Assembly: GCF_000743755.1 (NCBI RefSeq)
Contig: NW_014569446.1
Coordinates: 1 to 32,906 of the forward strand
DNA from: Blastocystis sp. subtype 4
Lineage: Eukaryota
Length of the DNA: 32,906 nucleotides
Direction: 5' to 3'
Shown: positions 1 to 11,574 of the stretch, piece after piece
How positions within the stretch are numbered: position 1 is the first letter of the stretch
Layout: each line of letters begins with the position of its first letter
The notes under the pieces: generated by a model
Told to the model about the DNA's origin: nothing
Database searches by the model: none
What the model saw: the letters and a program-made list of their open reading frames with translations, nothing else
Made by a program: the position numbers and the translations under genes

Positions 1-250
1 AGTTTACAAAATACACTACGTCTTGATAGCATTCTTCGAGGCTGTCTTTGCGGCAGAAGAAATGATACGCTGCATTTCCTTGTACTTATGAAGAAATCGA
101 TAAGGAGAATCGGGAGGAAATCCTTCCGAAAAGGGGCTGGATCGAGAAGGAGAAGAATTATGGATTCTATTCTTGCCACTATTCAGAAGGATTTTGCATC
201 TATCTCGTTTTTGTTTATCGTACATTCAAATTCATGAATTCTATGTCCAT
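1..250 (-). CDS. 5' part of an unknown protein, running off the left edge
   Basis: Open frame 16-225 (KILLNSGKNRIHNSSPSRSSPFSEGFPPDSPYRFLHKYKEMQRIISSAAKTASKNAIK) ends at a likely GT donor near 21-20. Possible ATG at 250. No recognisable domain. Confidence 0.3.
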
Positions 251-281
251 ACAAACAATTAATCTACCATAAAGTGAACGA

Positions 282-779
282 CTAATTCTTGTTTTCTTTG
301 TCAAAGATGTGCTTCGCTTCTTCCTCTAAATTCTGAAATTGTTCTTTCTGTGAATCATTCAGCAATGCTTTATCTTCTTCTGTTAGGTCCTTCCCCACCT
401 ATGACTCATTCTCTTCTTTCATTTTAACATGCTGATCACTTGCCAAATCTTTATAATATGCCTCCCATTCATACAAGAAGGGGTTCATGAACTGTGGTTT
501 GGCATTGAGTGTCTTCTTAAACTCCTGTCTAGTTCATTATAATTTCTGTATAACTTTACTTTACGAACAAATTCCCCAAAACTCGCATTTCGAATGGTAA
601 CTTCTTCTCATGAACCCGAAGAATCCTTCGATAAAGTGAAAAGAACTGGCGCTGTTTATCAGTTAATTGAGTAGGAGGCATTCCGATGAATAGCTTTGAT
701 AAAACGAATGAGTCTCTTCTTTAAGTAGTATTCCAATGAAATGCCACATCTGCGTGAATGGCCGAATTGGTAAAAACAT
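282..779 (-). CDS. SDHAF3: Succinate dehydrogenase assembly factor 3 (ACN9/LYR-motif protein), 3 introns
   Basis: Removing 29-31 nt GT-AG introns gives MFLPIRPFTQIRDSFVLSKLFIGMPP...SLYRRILRVHEKKLPFEMRVLGNLFVKQEFKK...FLYEWEAY...VGKDLTEEDKALLNDSQKEQFQNLEEEAK. The LYR motif, LG..xVK.EF, F..EW..Y and GK.L......L...Q..Q pattern match ACN9/SDHAF3. An alternative start lies at 681. Not in the ORF track. Confidence 0.85.
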
Positions 780-847
780 CTCTGAATGAAGCAACCATCT
801 GGAGTTCGATTCCTATAGGATTCTCTTTCTTATATCAAATAAACACT

Positions 848-3712
848 TCATTCTAATTTGAATTCATCATCGCTGAGGTTCAAAGTGTTGAGTGGGTTCT
901 CCTTCTCTTCAGAATTATTAGTTCCTTCATTGCCAGTCTCTTGTTCATTCGTACATGCCTCTATCTCTGTTGTAACATAGTTAAATAGTTGAGGATCTAC
1001 GTATCAATGCTTTTCTCTTCTTCTACCCTTTTGGACAACCTCTCGCAGCAAAGGATCATCAACAATTGATGAGGAATCAACATATTTCCTCCATACTTGG
1101 TCCTCATCCTCAATCACCCGCTTCTTTGTCTTATCCCGCTTCTTCTTATTCATCAACTCATATGTCTGACAAGGAACATCCTTCAATCGGAAGATTTCCC
1201 TCAACTCATCTTTATCAAGTTTTCCCTCTCCAACGGAGAAGTGGTCTACTGCTACATCTGCAATGTCCTTTTTGATCAGTTGACGTTGCAAAATGACCTC
1301 TTCAATCGACCCTGATAAGAACAACCGATACACAAAGACAGAGCGAGTCTGACCAAATCGCCAACTGCGCGCAATCGACTGAGCATCTATTGCAGGATTC
1401 CAGGCAGGTTCAATCATAACAACACGTGAAGCTCCAGTGATGTTTAAGCCTACTCCTCCTGCACGTGCTGAGAGAATGAAAATACGCTTGGAGGTGAAAC
1501 GAGAATTGAACGAGTTCACAATGGACTGACGTTGGGTGACTTCGGTGCTTCCATCGAGACGAAAGTATCCCCAATTATGCGCATCACAAATTCGACAGAA
1601 ATAGTCCATAATTTGTGTATAGGATGAGATCACAAGAATCAATTCGTCTGTCGTCTGTAGTATGGCTTGAATGATCCGTTGAATGGCGTCCACCTTTGGG
1701 CTAACTTGAGTGGAATCCGTGTCATAGTCTTCAGGATAGCATTCCTCCAGTGGCTGGAGAACAGTGTTGGACGTGATCGAGTCACGACAGAGAGAAGGAT
1801 GAACGGATAACAAGCGCAAAGCGTGAACAAATGAAAGAGTCACTTGCCCTGCAGTACTGTGAAGGACACTTCACATGGATGTTCTTAGGATATTCGTTAC
1901 CATTACTAACAAGAGACGAATGCTGAAGAGCGATCACTTGTTCATATAGAGTTTGTTGCAAGGGAGAGAGAGGACAGAAGATATACGATGTTACTTTGGG
2001 AGGCAAAGCAGAACGCAAAATCAAAGCTGTGGTTCGTCGAAGAATAAACTGTTCAGTGATCCTTGATAACTATGAGTAAACGAAATATGATATGATAACT
2101 TCGGCTGATCGCATTGTAGCAAGTTCTTTCTCTGCTTGAGAACATCCTTTCTTACGTCCTGCTTCAATCGGCTTACAGAAGAGCTGACGAAACGATGTCA
2201 GAGATGCAAAGATTCCTGGGTTCACAAATTCAGATAAGGCAAATAGTTCCTTGAATAGAAGCAACAATTAGATCGTACCTCCATATCATTCTGAATAGGA
2301 GTGCCTGACAACAATACACGACGTTTGGAAGGGAACTGCATTAGACTGTCGATTGTAGCGTTTCCTTGCGACGATTTGAGACGGTGGCCCTCGTCACATA
2401 TAAGTAGACCTGCTTTGCTTCCATTAATCTGATCAGCAAATTTTCGATACATCTACATTGGAATGGTTTGCTGATATTACCTCATATGATATGATAAGAA
2501 CCACTCGCTTAAGACTACTTTGCAGAACAAATTCGTGAATCTTCTCTTCTGCTTTTGATCCCTTCTCTTTCAATACAATACAACGAACCTTATCACGTCC
2601 TAACCATTTTCTATTCATTAATCTCTCCATGTTCAACAGACATGAATTCATTACCCCAATTATCGACCAGAGACGATGGACAGGTAACAACAGCACTGGT
2701 AATAAGTGGTGCTGACCATGGAGATTGCGTTAACGATGTAAATATCAGAGAAATTGCAGTGAGCGTCTTACCGAGACCCATTTCATCTGCTAAAATGCAT
2801 CCATTCCCGTGATTTTCGGTTAACCCATTAATACAATTATATAGAAACACAAGTCCTTCTTTCTGATGCGGTTTCATCTTCTGGTTTAGTATTGGATCCA
2901 ACAGAACCGGAGCAGTCGTATTGCCTTTGCTGTCTACAAACGAAGCTTGAATCACGAAACTGTCTTCTGTTTGCTTGTAGAGTCCCGTCTATATGTCAGT
3001 ATAATGGGTAAAAATACGTAGACCTTCGGTCCGGTTGACAACGGTTCATCGTTTTTGGAGTGAAGCGTAAAGCGTCTGGAGGATACTGGTACAGAAGGAA
3101 TAAGTGGTTTCTTTTCCACCTTCGTAGTATTCAGAAAGACACGACCCGAAATGTAGTCCTCCTCGGGAATCGATGTACCAATTTCACAGCACCACATTCC
3201 AAGATCAATTGTACATCCAACAACAAAATCAGAAGCATCATAAGTCTCGAGAGACTTACGAACTAACTTACCAGATGGATCCTATCAATCACTAGATGCA
3301 AACAATAATACGAATAGACTGAATGCCTTCTTGTCTACGAAGAGAATGCCATCCAAATAGGTCTTCTTCTTCTTTGGCCCTGATTTATAGTACATGGTAC
3401 TACAATTCATCGTAGCATGAATAGGTACTTGAAACAATATCGTTTGTTCTCATCAGATGATACGTCAACAGATTTGATAGAAGTATTCGATTGAGGAGAT
3501 TTAAATGGAGTTTTAAAGGACTTTGACTTCCCTGAAACAGGGTCAGTTGATTGCTGAGTCGATGGAGTCGGTATTAAGGTTTCTGGAGTTGATGTTGGAG
3601 TTGTTGATATCCCAGAAGAAGAACAAACGGGAGAAACAAACGCTCTCTTCAAGGTCTGTTCTCCTGTTGAGGGATGCAATGGCTGCATTCTCTTTAGACG
3701 AGAACGTAGCAT
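848..3712 (-). CDS. RAD54B: RAD54B/Rdh54-like SWI2/SNF2 DNA translocase, multi-exon
   Basis: Motifs GCILADEMGLGKT, CPSSLVDNW, ICDEGHRLK, LLSGTPIQND, FRLDGST, GGVGLNITGASRVVMIEPAWNPA and ARSWRFGQ. The N-terminal YYKSGPKKKKTYLDGILFV...EEDYISGRVF block resembles RAD54B rather than RAD54L. The last exon ends DDEFKLE-TGA (848-850). Confidence 0.85.
1854..1893 (-). other. U12-type AT-AC intron (40 nt) in RAD54B
   Basis: ATATCCTAAG...GTCCTTCACAGTAC. Removal joins NGN-D-AGQVTLSFVHALRLL in frame. A 52-nt GT-AG alternative is also in frame. Confidence 0.75.
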
Positions 3713-3822
3713 CAGAACAAGCAATCAGAATGAAGATGAGATAATGACTAATTCCCGCCAAAAACTGGATCAAGTTAATAATTGGAGAACCACTTATTGA
3801 CAATATGGTGAATCAAAGGTTC

Positions 3823-3830
3823 AAACAAAC
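3823..3830 (-). terminator. TGTTTGTT polyadenylation-positioning motif downstream of RanGAP
   Basis: Exact TGTTTGTT on the minus strand just past the RanGAP 3' end. Confidence 0.6.
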
Positions 3831-3871
3831 ACTTATAATTGTCTGGGAAGTTCAGTCACCATCTGAATAAC

Positions 3872-5127
3872 TCAGTCATCATCTGGATGAGAAAAAATCA
3901 ATATACCTACTTGAAAAGCCCATATCCTCATCTAAAACCAAACATTTCAACGCTTCTCTTCTCGGTGTTGTCAAGGAATCAACATTTCGCCTATGGAAAG
4001 GATATAACCCATCTTCACAAGCAACTCCGCAGTCTCTTCATCAATATCGTTCTGCTTCAGAACGAGTTTCTTTAACTTTGGACAGCAGGTCTCAATAGCT
4101 TCCACTAATTGCTATCCATAAGTAATCAATTTCATTCATACACGACAACTCTCTGAGCCTAAGTAATTACCTCCAAGATCTAATTCTTCTAACTCACTCT
4201 GGGAAGGAAGAATGTCCACAAGTTGCTGAAGTGCCTCCGTAGACATGCAATTGAGAGATAGATCAATCACTCGTAAGTTGAGCTCCTGAGAAACGATAGT
4301 ACGGAGTAATGGAATTAGACCATCCTCTTCAATGAGGAGATCTGCCAGAACTAGTTCCTTCAAATCCTTCATACACTCAAGAACTTTCGAAAGGAACTTG
4401 CCTCCATCTTCGCCGAAATAGTTATCCTTGAATTCAAGACGACGCATTTTCGGACAGTTCAGAAGGGCCTCACTAAGAGCTCTTGCTCCTTTCTCATTGG
4501 AACGATTGGATGCCCAACGGAAGACCTCCAAGTGGGGGCAAACGCTAATCACCGAAGCAATTTCGATGGCTCCCTCATCACCACTCATATTATTATACAA
4601 CTCAAGACGTTTGAGATTCATAGGAGCTGTGTTCTTTGCATACTGACTAAGGACTCTACATGATTCCTTAGACATGCCAACATTATTCAGAATTAGGGTT
4701 TCCAGGTCCTTCTTTCCCTATTCATCAATTATGAAAACCAGAACAACCTCAATCAGACCCTTGCATGAAATAAAACCATTTGGTCCCAAAGCGTTATCGC
4801 TCAGATCCAGATACTTGAGGTGAAGGTCCTTAATTCCATCTGCAAAAGCCTCGAATGTCTGTTGAGCGTCATCAAAAGGAAGACCTGAAAGTGTGTCTGA
4901 AAGATCCAGATATTCCAATTGAGTTGCTTCAGAAAGAGCATCTAGAGCTAGTTCCCGAAATACATATATCTACCTCCAATAACACGAGCAACTTCAGGAG
5001 AATATGTCTTTGTTTTAAAAATAACCTTCTTCAATGTAGAAGCGTTTTCCTTAATCGTTGCAGCGATCTCTTTAGCCTTCTCCAGACTTACCATCTCGCG
5101 TGCTCCAGTCAAATCATACACTTCCAT
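3872..5127 (-). CDS. RANGAP1: Ran GTPase-activating protein (RanGAP, LRR)
   Basis: Ribonuclease-inhibitor-type LRRs with RanGAP signatures LEYLDLSD, LKYLDLSDNALGPNG, LILNNVGM, LELYNNMSGDEGA and LEFKDNYFGEDGG. The 3' end is uncertain (SNDD-TGA at 3872-3874 assumed). Confidence 0.8.
3965..4005 (-). other. U12-type AT-AC intron (41 nt) in RanGAP
   Basis: ATATCCTTTC...TTCCTTGACAACAC: perfect U12 5'SS and branch site. Removal gives LLVKMG-S-RREALKCLVLDEDMG in frame; the unspliced frame stops inside the intron. Confidence 0.9.
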
Positions 5128-5316
5128 AGGGTATTGGACTCGTGACAACAGAATAGTTGGTTTTGGTCGCCTGACAAAAAACGGGAGGATAATGGTTTGA
5201 ATTTTCAGTTATTGTTTCTATGGAACTAGTGAATTGGAAAGAAAGTCTTTTACATTTCAAGATGTAGCTAGTTAAGAATGAGCTTATAAGAACAAAAGGA
5301 CTATAAAATACAACCA

Positions 5317-6067
5317 CTAAAAGCTCTTAAACTCATCAATCCAAGAATTGAGCAATTTCTCGATATTCTTCTTCGATGACTGGACAGCTGCCTTTGCCTT
5401 TGTATGGAATTCATCACTCTTGTTAGCCTTGAAGGACCATTCATAGTCACCGCAAGAAGTATCCGAAAACTAGATGTCAAAGGGAAATACAGAAGTACGT
5501 CATCAATACACACATACCCAGTTGCTGGCTCATCTTCATCATCCTTTTCTGCATTCCATTTGACCTTCAAAGTAAAATCAAAGCCAGGTCTCTTCTTTCC
5601 CTACAAATTATCCAACTTCGCAATTTCAAACCTTTGAGAAAACAAAAGTGGCTTGTCCATCACACTTTTCCACATCAGTGAAGGTGATAGAGAACTACAC
5701 TAAACGACTCATAGGATACTTTACTCCATTTTGGACAAAAGAGGCAGATTTAAAGAGCTCAGGAATTCGTTCTTTTGCCCATTTTGATAAATCATGTTCC
5801 TCCCTGTTCCTAAAGGACTTCCAGCAACTCTTACCACGTTCCTGCCTTATTCCATGCAGAAAGAGTGACTCCTTTCGAAGGAGCAGCTTCCACAGGAGAA
5901 GTCCCTTCTAATTTGGTTGGTGAAATGTCCACTCCGAGTCTTTCAAGTTCCTTTTTGTCAGTCTAGGATAGAAAAGATACCTTCTTCGATGCACTAATCT
6001 GTTTGCTCCACTTATAATAGTCAGAATCAATTGGCTTCGTATCGTTTTTTTCTTCTGTAGCAGACAT
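5317..6067 (-). CDS. Activator of Hsp90 ATPase N-terminal domain (Aha1_N) protein, 5 introns
   Basis: Spliced product contains SAWNKAGTWEEHDLSKWAKERI...ITFTDVEKCDGQATFVFSKGKKRPGFDFTLKVKW, typical of Aha1_N. No AHSA1 C-terminal domain is present. Confidence 0.8.
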
Positions 6068-6398
6068 AGTCACTCCCTGTACGAGTTTAATCTGCCCAAA
6101 ATAGTCGCAGTTTTCGAGAATGTTCCTTAGCAAATTGCTTGGCTAACTGCCTCCTTGAGTCCAAAGGAGAGTATCTGTGGAAACGAATAACATAGATGAG
6201 AACAAACGGTCTAGAAAACATGACAGTCCATATATTTCAATTCTGTGAACCCACATTTCTGACAAGAATTATAGTTGATAGGAAATGCGTAACACAAAAA
6301 AGAAGTGTTCTCTACTAAGAAAAGAGGTTATGAATCAAATCGTCCTGATTCTTGTAATTGGGTCGTTTGGGCCCATTATGTAGAATTGACTACAGAGA

Positions 6399-6958
6399 AT
6401 GGCTGCTGCTAAACGTGGTAGGAAAAACGATTGAGCCAGTCATATTTTAGGACGTGGAGGTGCTACTGGAAACAAATTCCGAATGACTCTCGGTCTTCCT
6501 ACTGGAGCCGTAATTAATTGTGCGGATAACACAGGCGCTAAGAATCTCTATGTTATTTCTGTTACACGTACTGGAGCTCGTCTGAACCGACTTCCTGCTG
6601 CTTGTACACTTCATATGTTGTCTTAGCTTATTTCTAGCTGCTGGAGATATGTTTATTGCTTCTGTGAAAAAAGGAAAGCCCGAACTCCGAAAGAAGGGTA
6701 TGTTTTGCTTTCCAGTTTGTTGATTGTATAGTTATGCCTGCTGTTGTAGTGAGACAAAGAAAGAGTTGGAGAAGAAAGAACGGAGTTTATCTCTACTTTG
6801 AGGGTGATTGATAGTTGAATGAGTGATGACTAGATAACGCTGGTGTGATTGTGAATCCTAAGGGTGAGATGAAGGGATCAGGTATTACTGGACCCGTAGC
6901 TAAGGAGGCTGCCGATCTGTGGCCAAAGATTGCTTCTTCCGCTAGCTCCATCTGGTAA
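6399..6958 (+). CDS. RPL23: 60S ribosomal protein L23 (uL14), 4 introns
   Basis: [40 protein letters not shown]...[75 protein letters not shown]. Introns are 30-34 nt. Not in the ORF track. Confidence 0.97.
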
Positions 6959-6993
6959 GAAGGAGTCTGCAGAAAGCCATTCCAGTTGTTTGT

Positions 6994-9248
6994 TCAAGAA
7001 ACAGGATACATATTGGGAAGCATAGTTGCTTTGGCCATTTCAAGGAGTCCAATATCTTCATAGGAAGGTATTGATTCATTAAGAAGTTTCATTTCAGAAG
7101 ATCCAAGAAGTAGTTTCAAAAGAATTCTGACACGATAATTTGTCCATTGCATACTTGATTGCTGTTCTACGATGGCCATTCTGCAGGCTTCCATAAGTTG
7201 GTTCAAAGCATTCTTCTGTGACATTGATAACATCTTCATAAGATTTCTAAAGAGTACAAGTATTGTCTTTTCAGTTGAAATATACTTCAGTCGATAGAAA
7301 GTTCCAAAGAATGACTCACATTGTGTTATCATAGTGGATTTATAGTAATTTACATTTGATGGTGTCTCTTTCATATCTTGAATTGTTTTGAATAACGACT
7401 TCAATTCGAATACAAACCGAACAATGACGGTTCCCGTATCAACTCTTCGTGGTGTATCACACAAAGATTTGATAAGCTTCTGGGAGATAGGGTGATCAGG
7501 AGAGAGTGAGGAGGCAAATAGATCTACTCCGACTGTGCTCATACATTCCCACTTCCATGGTTCTGGACATGAATAGAGAGCTAATTGCTCTTGTAGAGTC
7601 ATGGAAGTAAGATTGTTCTGAGCTCGTATCTGGAGAGAAGTAGACCGATTCATACTATTGTTCTTCTTTGAGGTTTGTGGATGATGAAGAGGAGGAATTG
7701 GTGGAGTATGATGTTGAGTAGGAGGAAGAGGAATGGAAGGAGAAGGCTTAGAAGGAGTACGAGGAGAAGGAGAATGCTGAGGAAGAGGAATAGAAGGAGA
7801 AGGCTTAGGAGTAGGAGGAATAGAAGGAGAAGGCTTAGAAGGTTGAGGAAGAGAAATAGAAGAAGGCTGAGGAGGCTGTGAAATATGACACGGAGTTGAA
7901 AGCAATGGAGGAAGAGAAGGAGGTTGTTGAGGAGTAGGAGGAATCGGTACACATCTCTGCTGCTCTCGTCTTTTATTCTCACGCATAATCTTTCCTGCTT
8001 GTTCTTCCAGCTGATTATCCACATAACCCAAGACCAATTGACATACCACTCTTTCACTCATATACGCATTTACTCGTTCCAGATATTTTCCCAAACATTG
8101 TAAACGAGTCTCTCCTCCACTAGATAACCGGATCTCCTTTGCAGTCATCACATCTTGAGCGGTTTCATAGTAATGAAGAAGAACTACGGGACTTCCAGTA
8201 TCAATACATACTTCTTTAATCACCTCGCGAATCTCATCATTCATCAAATCTCCATAATCCTTTTTCACATCATTTCGTAGATCTATACTTGATAATCTCA
8301 ACAACCCATACGTTTAGGCAACTGAACACAATACCACTCTTTCATCATATCATCAGTCACACTATAACCTTGAAGCAACTCCATTGCTGTCTCCAATTTG
8401 GCTTCGAGATAATCATCTGCTTTCAAATTATAACTGTCTTCATAAAGACGTTTTGAAATATCTATATATCACAACAACAGATGAACATCACATGTCATGA
8501 GCTGTTTACGGATATATGACCTCAATAAGGCAGAGGCAACTGAACGACCTTTGGGATCAATTTTAGGAGTAATTTCAGATGTCAAAGCACTCAGATCTGG
8601 TAAGAATTCATCAATTGTGGTGGACGATGAAAGAGTCTGAACTGCTGTAATCAGATCCCTATCAAAATAGTAACTCCACTCCTTACTGTCACAATTAACC
8701 CAGTTTGCACTCTGCTGCGCAAGCAGATGGATGGATTCATTTGCGGATACTTTCAGTATCGCTTCAGCACAATCACATAATTCTCGAAAAGATCCAACAA
8801 AACACATTTGTGAAGCCTGGGTCAGAAGCATCTCGAGCAAACTGATATCTTTGATTAATGATTCTGTAAAACTATTCAATTCATATCGGTATTTGTTGCT
8901 CTTCAATACAAGAATCAGAGGGGCTAAAGTTGTTGTCAAACCGCGATTAAAACCATCAGAAAGAAACCTAGCAATCGTCTTGCAATGAGAAACCGGGAAA
9001 AAAGTAGAAAGATCCTCGGGTTGAACCAGTAGCTGGAGCTCATTCCCAACAATTCCAGATGCAATATTCAAAATATTCTTGGTGTCCTGAGTAGATAATA
9101 CAACAAAAAACTGACGATATGCAGGGATCCGACGAATCTTACAATCCAGGCTCAGTCCGCACTCAGTCAGCTATTTAAATGATCACAGGAAATAGAAACG
9201 TACCACCTGATCGTCCATAAATAATAACTGAAGATAAACGGAGTCCAT
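6994..9248 (-). CDS. Large unknown protein with predicted helical regions and a Pro/Ser-rich low-complexity linker
   Basis: ORFs 8469-9071 and 6994-8304 join in frame through ~30 nt GT-AG introns. Start is uncertain (MDSVY at 9248, possibly further upstream). The stop is probably poly(A)-created at 7008. Confidence 0.6.
7680..7945 (-). repeat. Coding Pro/Ser-rich imperfect repeats (PSKPSPSIP-like)
   Basis: Recurrent AGAAGGAGAAGGCTTAG / GGAATAGAAGGAG units on the + strand. These explain the spurious poly-Leu and poly-Arg ORFs. Confidence 0.75.
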
Positions 9249-9550
9249 ATTCCTATTAATTTGTTAATGGATCGTTATCAGATGGATTAGGACATGGTGG
9301 TAATGGTTTATTATGGGTATTGTCAGCATCTCATATGGTTCTTTTTCATACTGTTCTGATGTGGTATAAACCTCATTTACAATCGACTACAAGAGAGATT
9401 GACCTATTTTGTGTAACTGTTCATTAAGGATGATTGCACCAAATATTTGTTCTCCAATGAAAACACTTCAAGTCAATGGTTGAGCCAGACCACATCTAGA
9501 GTATCTATCGTAGGACCATTCCAATAGTACATGTAATTTCCTAGAAACTA

Positions 9551-10066
9551 ATGCATATTCTCGTTGAAACTCTGAACGGTAAGCGATTGTACTTATTGTG
9601 TCTTATTCTTCTAGGAACCAGTGCTTTCTCTGTCGAACCTACCTCTACGGCCGCAGATATCAAGTCTATGGTTCAGGAGCAGGAGGGCATTGCTGTTGAG
9701 GCTCAGCGCATCGTCTTTTCGGGAAAGCAACTTGATGATTCCTGTATCCTTGCCGACTACAACGTACAGGATGACTCCACTCTGACTGTTGCTCTTCGTG
9801 TGCTTGGAGGTGGTAAGGTCCATGGTTCTCTGACTCGTGCTGGAAAGGTACGAAACCAGACTCCTAAGGTGGAGAAGCAGGAGAAGGGAAAGTCCCATGT
9901 GGGTCGTGCTAAGGTAGTGGTGAGTGGAATGACTGAGTTGTAGAAGAGAGAGCAGTACAACAGACGTTATGTGAATGTTGTGCTCGCTCCTGGTGCCAAG
10001 AGAGTGGGTCCCAACAACTTCGCTGCTCGTCAGGCTCGTATGGAGGCTGCTGCTAAGAAGGAGTAA
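9551..10066 (+). CDS. FAU: Ubiquitin-like protein fused to 40S ribosomal protein S30 (eS30), 2 introns
   Basis: Ubl domain ([12 protein letters not shown]...LRVLGG) followed by [25 protein letters not shown]...[16 protein letters not shown]...GPN. Confidence 0.95.
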
Positions 10067-10126
10067 AACGATTTGAGTTGCATGATGGAATACTCTTTTG
10101 GAGTGTTTGTATGAAACAAAACTAGG

Positions 10127-10699
10127 TTACAGTTCATCGTCATATTGGTCTTCCAGCCCATAGAGAGATGGTAATTCGAATTCCCAGTCCGCATCAACAA
10201 GTTCATGACGAGTCAAATACTCAATAGCATTCCGATATATATGCTCAGAGTTGTAGTAATAATATAGATGCGACGGAGAGAAACCAGTGTTATTGACTTC
10301 ATAGTCAATGTTCAGATCCTTGTCAACAAAGAAAACACGCGGATAATATCGTTCTTTAGAATCTATTCATCACAAAAAAACTAAAGTAGAACCTGGATTC
10401 CATTTCTCATCTTCTGGCTCATCCTTCTCAGTTACAAGAATCATGACAAATCTTGAAGCCAGATCTTTCATCCGTTGATTTGTATTCATACTCTTTCCCA
10501 ATTCCCTTCCTGCTCCTCCCCACGTTTGAACAATGAATACAATTCCCGGTAAATTCTTCTCCTTCATCTCTTTGGTACCATCTTCAAGGGATTTCCAGTT
10601 ATAGTCCGTCCCCATGTCTAGTCCCATGGACGACATGAACAACAAGAATATAATGCACTACAGATCAGAGCTTTCAAAAAGGTATACACGAAGAATCAT
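10127..10699 (-). CDS. ER thioredoxin-fold protein of the ERp18/TXNDC12-AGR family lacking the CxxC motif; C-terminal DDEL
   Basis: Short signal peptide, then YNWKSLEDG...LPGIVFIVQTWGGAGRELGK...FVMILV...EPEDEKWNPD..RYYPRVFFVD...YYY, ending YDDEL. 2 introns. Confidence 0.75.
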
Positions 10700-10725
10700 T
10701 CCAAGATTGGTATAAACAAACACAA

Positions 10726-11564
10726 CTAGTTCTCAACTTTAGGAATAAAAGGAATAAAGATGTGCGTTTTCTCACGATAGGCTCGATAGTTAGGGAAGAA
10801 ACTCAGCAACAGACTCTCTTCGTAGGGGATTCGTCTGTAAAAAAAGTACCATGACGCTAGAGCGTATGCAACGATACAAAGAGGATTATTAAGAAGGACT
10901 TGAGTACCGATGGAAAAGTAAAACCAGCCAGTATATGCTGGATGACGAAAGATACTACATATGAAAATGAACAGAGATGTAAACGAGTAGAGACCCGTTG
11001 TAATTAACTTGTGTTCCTCACTCTTCTGCACACGAATGCGATGGGCAAAATTCCTTCCTAACTGAATTTCACCAACTGCACGAAGCAGTCCACCACAAAG
11101 ACAGAGGAAAAAACCAACCCAGAATGTGATGGTGTTGACGCGCAGACTAGACGTTACAAAGAATGACTAACAATACACTGGAATCAAAAAATACTCAATC
11201 CAGAACTCAGCCATACCTGTTATCATTGCAAACTCGTACTCTGGGCTCTGATTAACAAGATAGGCTAGAAGATAAAACAAAACTACCAATAAGTACAGTC
11301 AAAGCTTAGATCCTTTTCTCGATAAATAGCTGTCAAGATAAACTCACTCAGATGAAAAGCTGTCACAAAGACGACATACAACGACCAATTCATCTAAACA
11401 CATTTACGTCAGGATAGAAAGAATACTGGCCATATTGTTTTCACTCCAAATAAAAGACAGATCACATTACCGAGAAAGAAAAGAAAGAAGAAGGAAAGAA
11501 GAACACCGCAGACTACAATCTTTGTCCACTCGGATTTGGCAAACCTGGACTTATCAACAAACAT
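10726..11564 (-). CDS. ICMT: Isoprenylcysteine carboxyl methyltransferase (Ste14/ICMT)
   Basis: FHLSEF..TA, SYLVNQSPEY, NFAHRI, HKLITTGLYSIFRHPAYTGWFYFSIGTQVLLNNP and RIPYEESLLLSFF...Y..Y...T..FIPFI. Confidence 0.92.
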
Positions 11565-11574
11565 GAATGACACA

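Noticed and set aside
7650..8057. Poly-Leu and poly-Arg ORFs
   Set aside because: Alternative frames of the Pro/Ser-rich coding repeat.
9744..9751. GTATCCTT in the ubiquitin-like domain of FAU
   Set aside because: Lies in an uninterrupted conserved coding frame, with no branch site downstream.
10505..10525. Possible selenocysteine (UGA) active site in the thioredoxin-fold gene
   Set aside because: The codons are GGA, not TGA, and there is no in-frame UGA.
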